A stretch of DNA of 64,000 nt from contig CM097882.1 of NCBI GenBank assembly GCA_044892505.1, forward strand, positions 320,230,001 to 320,294,000, given 5' to 3'. The notes below the pieces were generated by a model that saw only the letters and a program-made list of their open reading frames with translations, made no database searches and was not told the DNA's origin. Both the position numbers and the translations under genes were made by a program. Positions 1-10,689 of this stretch are shown in pieces. Position 1 is the first letter of the stretch. The number at the start of each line of letters is the position of its first letter. This stretch comes from Schmidtea nova. Its lineage: Eukaryota.

Positions 1-273
1 ATTTGCTTCTTGATACAAGTCATCAATAATAATCACATCACCTTTGCTCAATCTAGATGACCAATTTTTATTGAAACCTTTTATGATTGTCATTTTTATT
101 TTACAAAATTGATCTTGAGTCAATCCATGTTCATAGTCAGCTCTCCTATGCCAATAAATTTTATTGAATTTAAATTTGAATAATTTCGATTGTAATAATT
201 TACAAACAAATAAAGTTTTTCCACTCCCACTCGGACCAACAATTTGAAACACTGCATAATTTCTTAATTCCAT
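1..273 (-). CDS. A32/FtsK-like DNA packaging ATPase of Polinton type, N-terminal 91 codons, open to the window edge
   Basis: Translated by hand from ATG at 273: MELRNYAVFQIVGPSGSGKTLFVCKLLQ...SKGDVIIIDDLYQEAN. Walker A is GPSGSGKT and Walker B is VIIIDD. No stop, so it is absent from the ORF track. Confidence 0.88.
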   Translation of the reverse strand, partial: MELRNYAVFQIVGPSGSGKTLFVCKLLQSKLFKFKFNKIYWHRRADYEHGLTQDQFCKIKMTIIKGFNKNWSSRLSKGDVIIIDDLYQEAN

Positions 274-366
274 ATTTAAAAATTATATTAAATTAGTATT
301 ATTGTTTATATTTGTTATAAATACTCGTTGTCAAAGTACTTGTTTCATTTAAAAATATTTTCAGTA

Positions 367-834
367 ATGATTAGAAACATTAATTACAAGGGTAAGACAG
401 ATGTGTCACACATGAAATTTCCAAATGAGAAACCACAGCAAATTGTAGATAGAAGTGGAAAGTATCAAATAATATACTTAGTGACAGGAAGATATAGAAT
501 AATAGGATGCAAGAAATTTATTAGTGATGAACAAGTAAAGTTTTACGATTTAACAATACAATCGATAACTGTAACTGCAGATTTAGGATTTATTTGTAAT
601 TTAAATGAATTATCTAAATTGATAGAATGTATTTACGAGCCAGAATTATTTCCAGCTTTGAGATATATCAAATATAATCCAATGTGTGTAAATATATTTG
701 GAAGTGAGAAATTAGTCATATTAGGATTAAAAAACAAAGACTATTCAAATATAGTTGATAATATTATTAACAATATAAAATCAATTATCAAAGATAAAGC
801 CTTTGTTGATTTCATACTAACATGTGACTCATGA
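367..834 (+). CDS. TATA-binding-protein (TBP)-like protein, 155 aa from ATG 367, intronless, element-encoded
   Basis: IQSITVTADLGFICNLNELSKLIECIYEPELFPALRYIKYNPMCVNIFGSEKLVILGLK matches the second TBP core repeat (IQNxVxSCDVKFPIRLEGL...YEPELFPGLIYRM..P.IVLLIFVSGKVVLTGAK). A shortened, degenerate first repeat ends IIYLVTGRYRIIGCK. Confidence 0.85.
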   Translation: MIRNINYKGKTDVSHMKFPNEKPQQIVDRSGKYQIIYLVTGRYRIIGCKKFISDEQVKFYDLTIQSITVTADLGFICNLNELSKLIECIYEPELFPALRYIKYNPMCVNIFGSEKLVILGLKNKDYSNIVDNIINNIKSIIKDKAFVDFILTCDS

Positions 835-1098
835 CTGCAATATTGATGCAATAGAAATGCTTAATTCGGATTGGTCGAGTGTGTATTTCGAGAATAAAGA
901 CATGTTGTGCATGCTTGAATTTTATTTGTTCAATGTGTATTATCTTGTACATGATGTGTGTTTATATCATATATAAACTCTGAACATTCTGTCATAATTT
1001 ATATCTACAATATGTCTCAACAAACAAATATTTTAAAAAGTGGTAATATTAAAATTACTATTTTTCAATTTTAATATATTTTATTTTGAGATAAACTC

Positions 1099-1615
1099 AT
1101 GTCCGTGGTTTACACCAAATTGACTGAAATGTTCCCCAATCTGATGCAAACGCTGACCTTTACAGCACCATAGCTGTTCCCGTACAAAATTCAAGTTTTG
1201 ACGGGAATAGATGTCAATCAGGTATTGCTGGATCATCAGGCCAATATCAACAACGAACTGCCCTATTTGGCGGAATATATATTGTGCGCCTACCAATGCG
1301 GGCACTGTGTTGATAGAATCCACAGGTTTCAAGTGTGGGTTCTCAGAAATACTCTCAATCAATTTGAGACATAGCAGATGAAGAAAATTGTCGAGGAGGA
1401 TGAGGAGATGGAAAAAAGAAACATGTCCCAATTCAACTCCGGAGCCGATAGATGAACAATCAACTATCGAATGTGATTGTTCTGTGAATGAAAAACAGTG
1501 CGACGAATCACCCGAATCTCCAGATTGTGACGAATGTCACAGAGTTGTTGAAAACAATGAACAAGAAGAAGAAGAAGAAGAAGAAGAAGAAAACGACGAA
1601 GAACAACAACAATGA
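1099..1615 (+). pseudogene. Disrupted Polinton accessory ORF with a CxxxCxxC motif and an acidic tail; function unknown
   Basis: GC-richer island. The + frame from ATG 1099 reads MSVVYTKLTEMFPNLMQTLTFTAP*LFPYKIQVLTG...YILCAYQCGHCVDRIHRFQVWVLRN... with two stops, followed by the Glu-rich ORF 1388-1615 in another frame. Confidence 0.4.
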
Positions 1616-2018
1616 ACAATATTTATGTTTAAGTTTTTTATTGTAATCAGTTTTAGTTTTTTATCGTTTTTTAGTTTAATGTTAATTTTGTATTTAGTAT
1701 TCGGTCATTTTTATTATTTAGTTTTTGTCATTTTAGGTTAATCATTTTATTTTAATAAATGTTTTGGATTTTAGTTTTAGTTTTTTTTATTAAACATGTA
1801 TTTTATTTTAATTTGAAGTAATTTTTATTTACTTTTTAGGTATATATTTTATTAAACATTTAAGTATTTTTTTAAAACTTTTTAGTAGCTTTTTTATTAT
1901 TAACTAAGTTATATATAAAAAGGAAATAATTAAAGAATGAATAGAGATTATATGAAAAAATTAAAATGAATATTAAAAAATTATAATTAAATAAATAAAA
2001 CATATAAAACATGCATGC

Positions 2019-2558
2019 ATGCATACAACAAAGATAACAAAGACATGCATATCGTGTGCAATACAAATGGATGATTATGATTGGATAAATACATACATTC
2101 AAAACTATAAATACAAAAACAATTTTAAGATATTGTCACAATCTATAAAAATGAAATCACGAAAACAAAATTTTGATATCAGCGAAGAAAAAATATTCCC
2201 GACTAAGGTAAAACCAGTCCAGATGTATTATGATAGCCGAATTTATTTTTTGGTTCAAGAAATTCCGTTTCGCTTATCTTATCCGATAAAATTAACAAAG
2301 TCGTTGTACGCTAGTCTTGCTGTAATTATTGATAAAGAAGATATTATGGCTCTAAATAAATTATTTTCAAAGATCAATGTGAATTTAACTTGTAAAGAAA
2401 CGATGTATATCAATAACAAAAATACTCGTTTCCATAATGCTTTTCAAACTATCGAATTCAAGGATCAAGAACACTGGTTCATTATGATAATTATTCAAGG
2501 ATACAAGATTGATATAAAGGAAGTGATTACTCCAATTTGGAGAGTTGATAATGCATGA
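2019..2558 (+). CDS. Conserved Polinton accessory protein, 179 aa, function unknown
   Basis: Intact ORF. A diverged homologue lies in copy B at 59923-60162 (EDIMALNKLFSKIN...IQGYKIDIKEVITPIWRVDNA vs EDVAALNKILSKIN...FQGYKIDTKDVITPIWRINNA). TATAAAA lies just upstream. Confidence 0.7.
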   Translation: MHTTKITKTCISCAIQMDDYDWINTYIQNYKYKNNFKILSQSIKMKSRKQNFDISEEKIFPTKVKPVQMYYDSRIYFLVQEIPFRLSYPIKLTKSLYASLAVIIDKEDIMALNKLFSKINVNLTCKETMYINNKNTRFHNAFQTIEFKDQEHWFIMIIIQGYKIDIKEVITPIWRVDNA

Positions 2559-2627
2559 TATGCATAATTGTGATTTAATAAATTTTAGTATAAACAATTT
2601 TTATATTATTTTTTGTTTTTATATTAA

Positions 2628-2891
2628 ATGAAATTGAATATAGTGATATTATTATTATGTGTGAACAATACAGATGGAGAACATGCTTTGTCAGCTTGCC
2701 AATCAACCCATCCGTTTAGAAGAGAAGATAGTACTTGTTCGAGTTATAATGAAATATGTGTTCACTTAAACATTGAATGCAGCCAAATATGATTACAATG
2801 TGATCAATGTCCTTCAAAAAATGTTTTGATTAATAATGAAATGTGTTGGGCAAAAACTGCAAATAATTTTAATAAAGCAGTAACCCCCTAA
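2628..2891 (+). pseudogene. N-terminal half of a putative membrane glycoprotein (signal peptide plus Cys-rich ectodomain), copy A
   Basis: MKLNIVIFIIM, a frameshift, then ALSACQSTHPFRREDSTCSSYNEIC...QCDQC. Near-identical peptide in copy B at 60303-60545. Confidence 0.6.
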
Positions 2892-5800
2892 GTAGAGAGC
2901 GCGCAAGATTCAATTTTAACCCAAACATCCATTAAAAACCGAAGCGATTAAGTGAGAAACGCCAAAAAGGTGAAGTGGACTCAAAGACATCAACTAGTAG
3001 AAAACGCGCTAGTTGGGAATCTGCAAGTCCTTACACTGAAACCTCAAGAAAAATTAAAAGTCGTCAAAGGAAGAACGTTTAAAAGTTAGAATGGACGGAA
3101 AACCCATCGAAAATGCCCATAAAGAATAGAATTTTGTCATAACACTTCAGTGCAGAGAAAAATTAACAAAATTTTAGAAGAAAATTGTGATTTTATCCAA
3201 AAATTTCACATCAAAAATAAAAAGATCTAATCCTGATCGAAATATAGTAAATTGAATCAAATTGAATAAATTTTGATTCAAAAATAAAAATTTTGGATTA
3301 AAATAAATCATTTATAGTTTAAAAAAAATTATTACGTAAAAATATTGATTTAATTTTGCGGAAAATTATTAGAATTAATTTTGAGAAATTAAAAAGAACA
3401 TTCTAGAACAATTTGTTTTATTGCATTAGTGAAGGTAACACGCAATCGATGGTATATGTACCGCCATCAAAATGGCAAGAAGCAGAATTTGTGTGGAAAT
3501 TTTCTTGTTTTTAGAACTTGTGAGAATTTTGTGAAAAATTTTGATTAAAAATATAAATTTCCACTCAAACCAGAATTTTTAGAAAAACCATTTATTTTCT
3601 CGAGAGAAAGAAAAACTGTTAGGAAAGCCACATTTGAACGTAAGGGTATCATTATTTTATTTTATGTTTTTTTATTGTTTTATCTTATTTTATTAACATT
3701 ACATCGATATAGGAGGCTCAAAAAGTCATGCCCTTTGGACACCCTATGTCGGCATTGCTCTTATTGAATTTTTTTAGCTATTTTTATTTTATTATTAAGA
3801 TATTTGTTATTTGGATATTAATAATTTTAGTGTAAATATTATATTTTATAGTTTATATGATCTTATTATCCTAAATTTTAACTTTTAATTTTGTTTTTCA
3901 TTAACATTATCACAGATTCCCATAGTTATAAAGTTTCAGTATTTTAAATATCAGTTATCAAATAAATAATTTTATTTGCTTCCATACCCCTTGAAATCTG
4001 TTCTGGCCTTGTGCCGAGCGTGTGGAAGTAGCCTGAGCGGATCGCTGGTTCGATTCGTAATCGATCAGCCCATTTTCCGACTTCAGGTGATACGCCCAAA
4101 CATCCATGATCACTTCATCCCAACTGGGGAACAGTGGCTTGGCCAAGGGCAAGGTGTTATATTAATGATCTGTAATTTATAGTAGTGTATCTTTTATCTG
4201 AATTATATTTTTAACATAATGTGCACTTAAAACCTGATACTGTATAAAAACGTTAACGTCAATTCATCCATCAATGACTTTTCCATTTTATAATTTATCT
4301 GTACAAGAATATTCAACTCGTTATTCGCCTTCACTCTCACAACAATTGCAATCTTATCCGAAAACACATGTCGAATAAAAGCCAAAATTGAAAAAAGAAT
4401 CGTTCAAAATAATACTCAAAACCGATAAAATAATTACCAAGAAACGAAATATGAAGAAAAGTATTGATTTATTCGAACTAAATCTCATTAAATGCTTAAT
4501 TATCTAAATAATTTTACTCCAGTGAACCTTGTTTTCGGGAGCCTGAAGTTCCTGAGTGAAGTGTCTCGAAAAATTCGCGCGCACTCTGTTCAGAAAATTC
4601 ATGTTTGAACGAAACCGAAATTCACCTATTTGATGTCGAAAACTATTATGAATTAGAGTTGATTTTTAATGTTAACCGAACGAAGATAGATAAACTGAAA
4701 TAAAAATTTATTGTGAAAATTACTTTAGATCAACAGGTTTGAATCCTTGTGGGAATTTCCGAATCCAGAATTTTACTTTAAAAGCATTTGCCTGAAAGTG
4801 GATAAATTTTAAGTTATTTCTTTATTTTAATATATTTAGGAAAATTTATCAATTAAAATTTTATTTATTGTGTAAAATGCAACATTTAATTATAAAACCA
4901 AAATTTGCTTCTGAGAATTATATCACGAAAAAATTTAAAGCACCAAAATTTTTATTCTTCTTAAAAATATTAAAAAATTTATAAATCGAGTCCTCATATT
5001 AGTTGGAAGAATTAAAATTTTTCTTAATATATAAAGTATAAATCGAAAATTTTATTAAAATTTTAAAAATTTAGCTAAAAAGATTATAGCTAATAAAATT
5101 ATTGCTTTATTGCAAAATTTAATTATATATTTATGTAATTTATTAATTCATAAATTAACCCCCACGATATTATAAAAAATATAATACATCCATATTTGCA
5201 AAGCAATACATCCACACCATTCATTAACACCATCCATACTAATACCACATGAAACATTTACTTAAATACAACACACACACCCTACCACATTTCAATCAAT
5301 ATGATCTTCTATACTAAATAATACGATAAACAATACATCCACTCACCAACACACACAACGCGATTTCATCTAACAGTAGCTACTAGCATCATACATCCAG
5401 ACAATTCCCACAAATATTCATACAATCCCATCCATTGTTTATCGCCCATTGCAGTAGCATCACTTTCAACATACAAACACATACATTTACAACAATAGGA
5501 TATCTATTTCAATATATTACAGCATTATTTCAATATTATATACACACAAGCCTACAATCACTACATCTCGTCTCACCAAACCACAGCAAACTACAACATC
5601 CCATATAAAGTCTCATTATAGGGTACAGTACGTCGATTCATAAACACCACCCGATTAATGGTGGCCAACAATCTGCATTTATATCAATTTCACCCCCTGA
5701 GAGTTGGATCCCCCACATATCTCTGCCGATCAGCCCACTTCACTCGCTAAACATACCTTATAGCAATGAAATACATTCAAAAAATTTTTAAATTTCAATA

Positions 5801-7295
5801 AGGTAATAGAAACAAAAACATATATTTATATTTTCAAAACCAGGAAAAAGGATAATTAATAATTTTATTTAATCGAAACAGAATCAAAAGATTTGTAAAA
5901 GAAGTTACCAAGCGATGATGATTGTTTTCTGGAGAGTTCTATTGTGTTCTCAGTTTGATGAATTCGATGGCGAATTTGTTCAATGAGAGTCCATATGGAA
6001 GCTGTGCAAATAAAACTGAACGAATGTTGTACTGGGGCATAAGAAAATGGTATAACACAGCACAACAATTATATGAGATATTTTTTTAACCGTTATACGA
6101 AGTAAATAGCACAGAAAATTATAAGATTCCAAGCGTCTGATTTGGGAATTTCGTCGGACGATTCTGCCGTATTGTGGCCGCATCTTAAATAAAAATGGAG
6201 AGTTTCAAACCCCATATTCACTGAGATTCATGGGGAAATTGCCATTTCGGATGCCGGTGATGCTTTGTTTTCGTCCTAGAAAGAAAATAGAAATAGATAA
6301 GCAGGATAAAACCTTAAGCTTTCAAATTTACCGGTTTCTGGGGAAAATCCTTATTAAAAACCAAAAATCGATATTTATAATATTGTATGTAACAAACAAC
6401 CAATCAGGTTGAATCTTATTTATATCGAAATATAAAACAAAAATAAATTTTTGTATATAATGCTCTGTAAAATTTCTTTTTTCAAATTTTTCTATTCGCT
6501 AAGAACGGGTTTCAGTGAATAACCTTTAAATTAAAAAATAAAGGAAGTTTCCGTTTAAACATAAATGGTCTTCAAATAGGTAAATTAAAGACATTAAAGT
6601 TTGTTTAAATATCCTACATTGTAGCCGTTACAGTTGTCAAGGCCACGGCAAGAATTCAAAAGCTATGAGGTTAAATTTTAAATTAAAAATTAAATCCACA
6701 ATATAAAGCAAGATAGACATTAGGTATAGGGAATAAGTAAAATTTAGTTAAATTTACCGACACAAAATATACCAATTTAAAAATTTTGGAAAATAATAAA
6801 AACCTTGTTAAAATCTACAGAAATCAAATACCCCGAATATGTGTAATGATCAAAGATTATTCGATCCCCGAGTTGAGTTTGCGATTATATGCGTAATTAT
6901 GAGCTTGCAAATAAAAATAAATGCGCGAAAACTCCTGTGCGTTTGGATAATACTATGTATAATGATTAAGTGGGAAAAAATTAATAAATTTATATTGATG
7001 GAACTATTTATGTTTTTTTTTAAATTGAAATGAATATCCGTAGTTAAATCGTTGAACAAGGGACAAAAATGGGCATTAAATCTTCTATCGGTAGCCCTTG
7101 GACCCAGGAGATATTCGGCCAATCATAGTTTCGTATTGATGACGCTCACTGATTGCGAATACCCACCCATTTGTTGCATTACCAACGTTACATTGTTACG
7201 GGCAACAAGATGTTTATTCTAATGTTTTATGTGTTGAGTTGTTGATGAGAGCCATAGCAACGTCAAGGTCATATTGACTATCACAAACCCACCAA

Positions 7296-7659
7296 ATGGA
7301 AAAAATGATTAGCAAAATCTATGAAAGAGTGAAATGTCCGAATCAAACATTTATTAAAATACAATATGAACAAATCAGATGTCAAAATCAAACTGTTGAA
7401 ATTGAAAACGAAAAAACAGCATTAGGATTACATTATATAAGTTTATTGATATTAATAGTGATCTTGATATTATCAACGTCGATAAGATTAGAGAAAATAT
7501 CGAATATTCCTAAAAATAATAATCCTACGAATAATATTCCGATTGAATAATATTCCGATGAATAATATTCCTATGAATAATATTCCTATGAATAATTTAG
7601 ATATGAATAATTTTGAATCGAAATTTTGTACACGTACACTAGAATATATTTATAAATAA
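7296..7659 (+). pseudogene. C-terminal half of the putative membrane glycoprotein (NQT sequons, TM helix, NNIPM-repeat tail), copy A
   Basis: KIYERVKCPNQTFIKIQYEQIRCQNQT...LHYISLLILIVILILSTSI, then 15-bp repeats encoding NNIPM after a 1-nt frameshift, ending NNFESKFCTR. Homologous to 60599-60895. Confidence 0.65.
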
Positions 7660-8099
7660 ATTTTATTTAGTCTTTGTATTTATTATTTTTAATGTCTTTG
7701 TTAATATTGCACATGGATTGTTTAATTATTTTGGCAATGTGTTTGTTAACTATGTGGTTGTTTAAAACTAAGTATGAAGTTATATAGCATCGTGTTCATA
7801 GAGCGGTGGCGGTTCGAATGATTCCATTGGTACTTGGATTTTTTGAAATTTTTGAAATTTTTAATTTTTGGTCCAAATTTAATTATGAAAATGATATCAT
7901 CGTGTGCGTCACTGAAAAGCAGAGGGACTGATACTACTTTTAATCTTGGTACTTTAAGTAATTTTGTTTTTGTTTCAAAATCTTATTTTTTGATGAGACA
8001 CATTCAAAAATGTGACCATCGTGTGTGTCACTGAAAGGCCTTGCGAACGATACCAAATTTGACCTTGTTATTTGTACTTGTAAAATTTTTAAAAAATTA

Positions 8100-8921
8100 T
8101 TTAAATTTAAAATGAGTTATCGATGACGTCACTTTTTTCAAATTTGAAATGAGTCATCGATGCGTCGTGGTGTGATTCATCGATGAGTCATGAGGGTGAG
8201 TCACCAATGTGATGAGTCATCAACGAGTTATCGTTTTAAAATTTTAAAATTTAAAAATTTAAAAAAATAACTTGTCAGAAAATAGCTGAGAGTGTGATGA
8301 AGGATACAAACCAAAAATAATTTCAAAATAATCAAAATTGAGAAAGTTCAAAAAAAGTTCTTATTTTTGAATGAGTCATAAAAGTTTTAGATGAGTCATC
8401 GATGAAGGATCGATTGGTCGAATAACAAAAATTTTTTAAAAAATTTGGGTGAGTTATCGGTGGTCATAAAAATAATTTTTTTTTAAAAAGTTGTTAAAAA
8501 AAAAATTTTGTTAAAAAAACAAAATATTTATCGAAAATAATAATGAATCATCGATGAGTCATCGACGCGTCATAAAAAAAAGTTTGAAAAAAAGTTTGAA
8601 AAAGAGAATATTTTTCAAAAATAATGATGAGTCATCAATGACTCATAAAAAAAAAGTTTGAAAAAAAGAGAATTTTTTTGAAAAATATTATGACTCATCG
8701 ATGCGTCATAAAAAAATTTTTAAAAAAAAATTTAAAAAAAAACAGAAAATTTTTCAAAAAAAAGTAAGAAAAAAAATTAAAAATTTTTTTGACCCCCCTC
8801 GCCAACGTAAATTTTTTTACCCTCTACCCCCTCGGTGGGGGGCTTTGGTTACTAATATGTCTTTGTTTGAATTTTTACACCCACGCATTTCTTTGTGCTT
8901 GACTCCACACATCTACCTACT
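8100..8921. repeat. Terminal inverted repeat region of Polinton copy A with tandem GATGAGTCATC-containing subrepeats
   Basis: Ten perfect TGA(G/C)TCA motifs and one TGACGTCA between 8124 and 8697, interleaved with A/T runs. The same motif occurs inverted in the left end of copy B. Confidence 0.75.
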
Positions 8922-10550
8922 AAATATTTCAAAACTAGTTAATTCTGATACTGATAAATCGAATGGCATAACTTAGATCTTTTAGAGTTCATTTATTATA
9001 AAATCTTTTGCCGAATTTCGGATTTTCTCTCAATCGACGAAAATTTGTATACCTATTACAGAGTTTCACCATGTATCTTTAGTACCAATATCCTGCAGGG
9101 TCGGTACTTTATTTGTGATCTATATTTCATTAGCAAATTCACATTTATACGTTTTGATATAAATTCTTAATAATTTCTACCTTTAAGAAATTTTATTTTA
9201 ATAAATTTTAATTCTTCAATTATTTATAATTATTTCATTTGTAATGTGATTACAAATAGCCTATAATTTTTTATAGAAGTATCCTATGTAGCATCTTCTG
9301 AGAGTTTATTATAATAAAATTTTAAAATTAGAAAAAAATAGCTAATAGGTGTGGACAGCCGACTGTATGAGATGTTTGATTTTATGAGATGTACGCTTAA
9401 TTCTGTAGGTGCTTGGAAGTTGATAACTGTTTGTTGTTACTTTATAAACTGTCTTTAATATAATTTAGACTATAGGGTGTAATAACTTGCAAATAGTTAA
9501 TTTCCACTATAGGCAAATGTAAGTTTCAAATAGAATGTTTGGTCGATAGGATATTATTAATTGCAAAGGCAATGATTTATACAATAGGATGTTATTAATT
9601 GTAAATAAAATGATTTAAGTCGTAGGGTGTTGTGAGTTGTAAGATAATTTAGGTACATGATGTTATGTACTGCAAGTAAAACAATATAGTATTATGGGAT
9701 GTTGTGAGTTGCAAGCAACTTGTTTTAGGTTATATGATGTTGTGAATTTCCAGGAATTTATGTAATTGTATGTTGTGGATTGCAAGATTATTTATTAATA
9801 CTATAGGAGGTTATGAATTGCAAGTTGGTAAATTATATATACTTTTATGGATTTAACAGTCGATTTTCAGTGTTGTTGGATGGAACGGTTCTTTTCTCTG
9901 TAAGTAGTGTGAATGATTTTATTGGGTTTTGTTGAATGAATTGTAAAATGTTTTAAGTGGTATGCTTGGTTTATGGGTGTTGGTGAAGGAATGAATTTGT
10001 TTTTGGATACATGGGATATTATTGAATGAAACGATGATTTTCTTTACAAGAAGTGTGTTAAGTTATTAGGATTTTATTGAATGAAACGTATACTTTTATG
10101 AGTAGTGTATTAGATATTATGGATGTTTATGAATTGATGAAGTTATGTGAATATATAGGTGTTAAAGAATGAAATATTAAATTTGAAAATCAAGTATTTG
10201 AATTTAGATGTGGTGAATTAAGTCATAGTATAGAGTGTTGGTGATATGTGCAGTTTTTAGTTTTAGAGGGTTGGGTTTATTTAATTTTACATTTTATTTT
10301 TATCAATAAATTCTTGTGTTTTTCATTTAGCATTTTAATTTTGTATAAAACTTTTCGTTAAACTAATTTGAGATAATTTCATAATAAGGTTTATATTTAT
10401 AAAGTAAATTATACAAAAGATTTACAATAAAGTTTATCTTCATAAAATATGTTTGCAATAAAATTTATATCTATTAAACATGACGAAAAATACTTTATAT
10501 AAATTTACAATTTGGAAATTAAAATTGGAAAATGATATGTAGTGCCATCG

Positions 10551-10598
<48 letters not shown>

Positions 10599-10689
10599 TT
10601 TAAAGTATATATATTATTAAATTAAATAGAGTTTATTTACAAATTGAGTAATAGTTGTTTTAATGTTGACAATAAAAAAATGGCAAGCA

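Larger units (their letters stand above)
1..8921. mobile_element. Polinton/Maverick-like element, copy A (right part; left part is outside the window)
   Basis: Ends in ...CACATCTACCTACT at 8921, matching the termini of copy C (...CACTTCTACCTACT, 38910) and copy B (AGTAGGTAGAAGT, 56499). The reverse complement of its last ~110 bp aligns with the start of B. Contains a Polinton-type packaging ATPase. Confidence 0.85.

Noticed and set aside
367-834. Possibility that this is the host TBP gene or a processed pseudogene of it
   Set aside because: The first core repeat is far too diverged for a cellular TBP, and the gene sits in the same element context in two diverged copies. Ancient capture from a host remains possible.
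1081-1431. 116-aa minus-strand ORF
   Set aside because: Probably the antisense shadow of the disrupted + strand ORF at 1099-1615; no recognisable motif.
3958-4182. Overlapping short ORFs on both strands in a GC-richer island
   Set aside because: No recognisable family; kept only as part of the unexplained 4.4-kb segment.
8815-8856. GC hairpin followed by CTAA|T, resembling a Helitron 3' end
   Set aside because: It lies inside the Polinton TIR, has a counterpart in the left TIR of copy B, and the true terminus is 65 bp further on at 8921.
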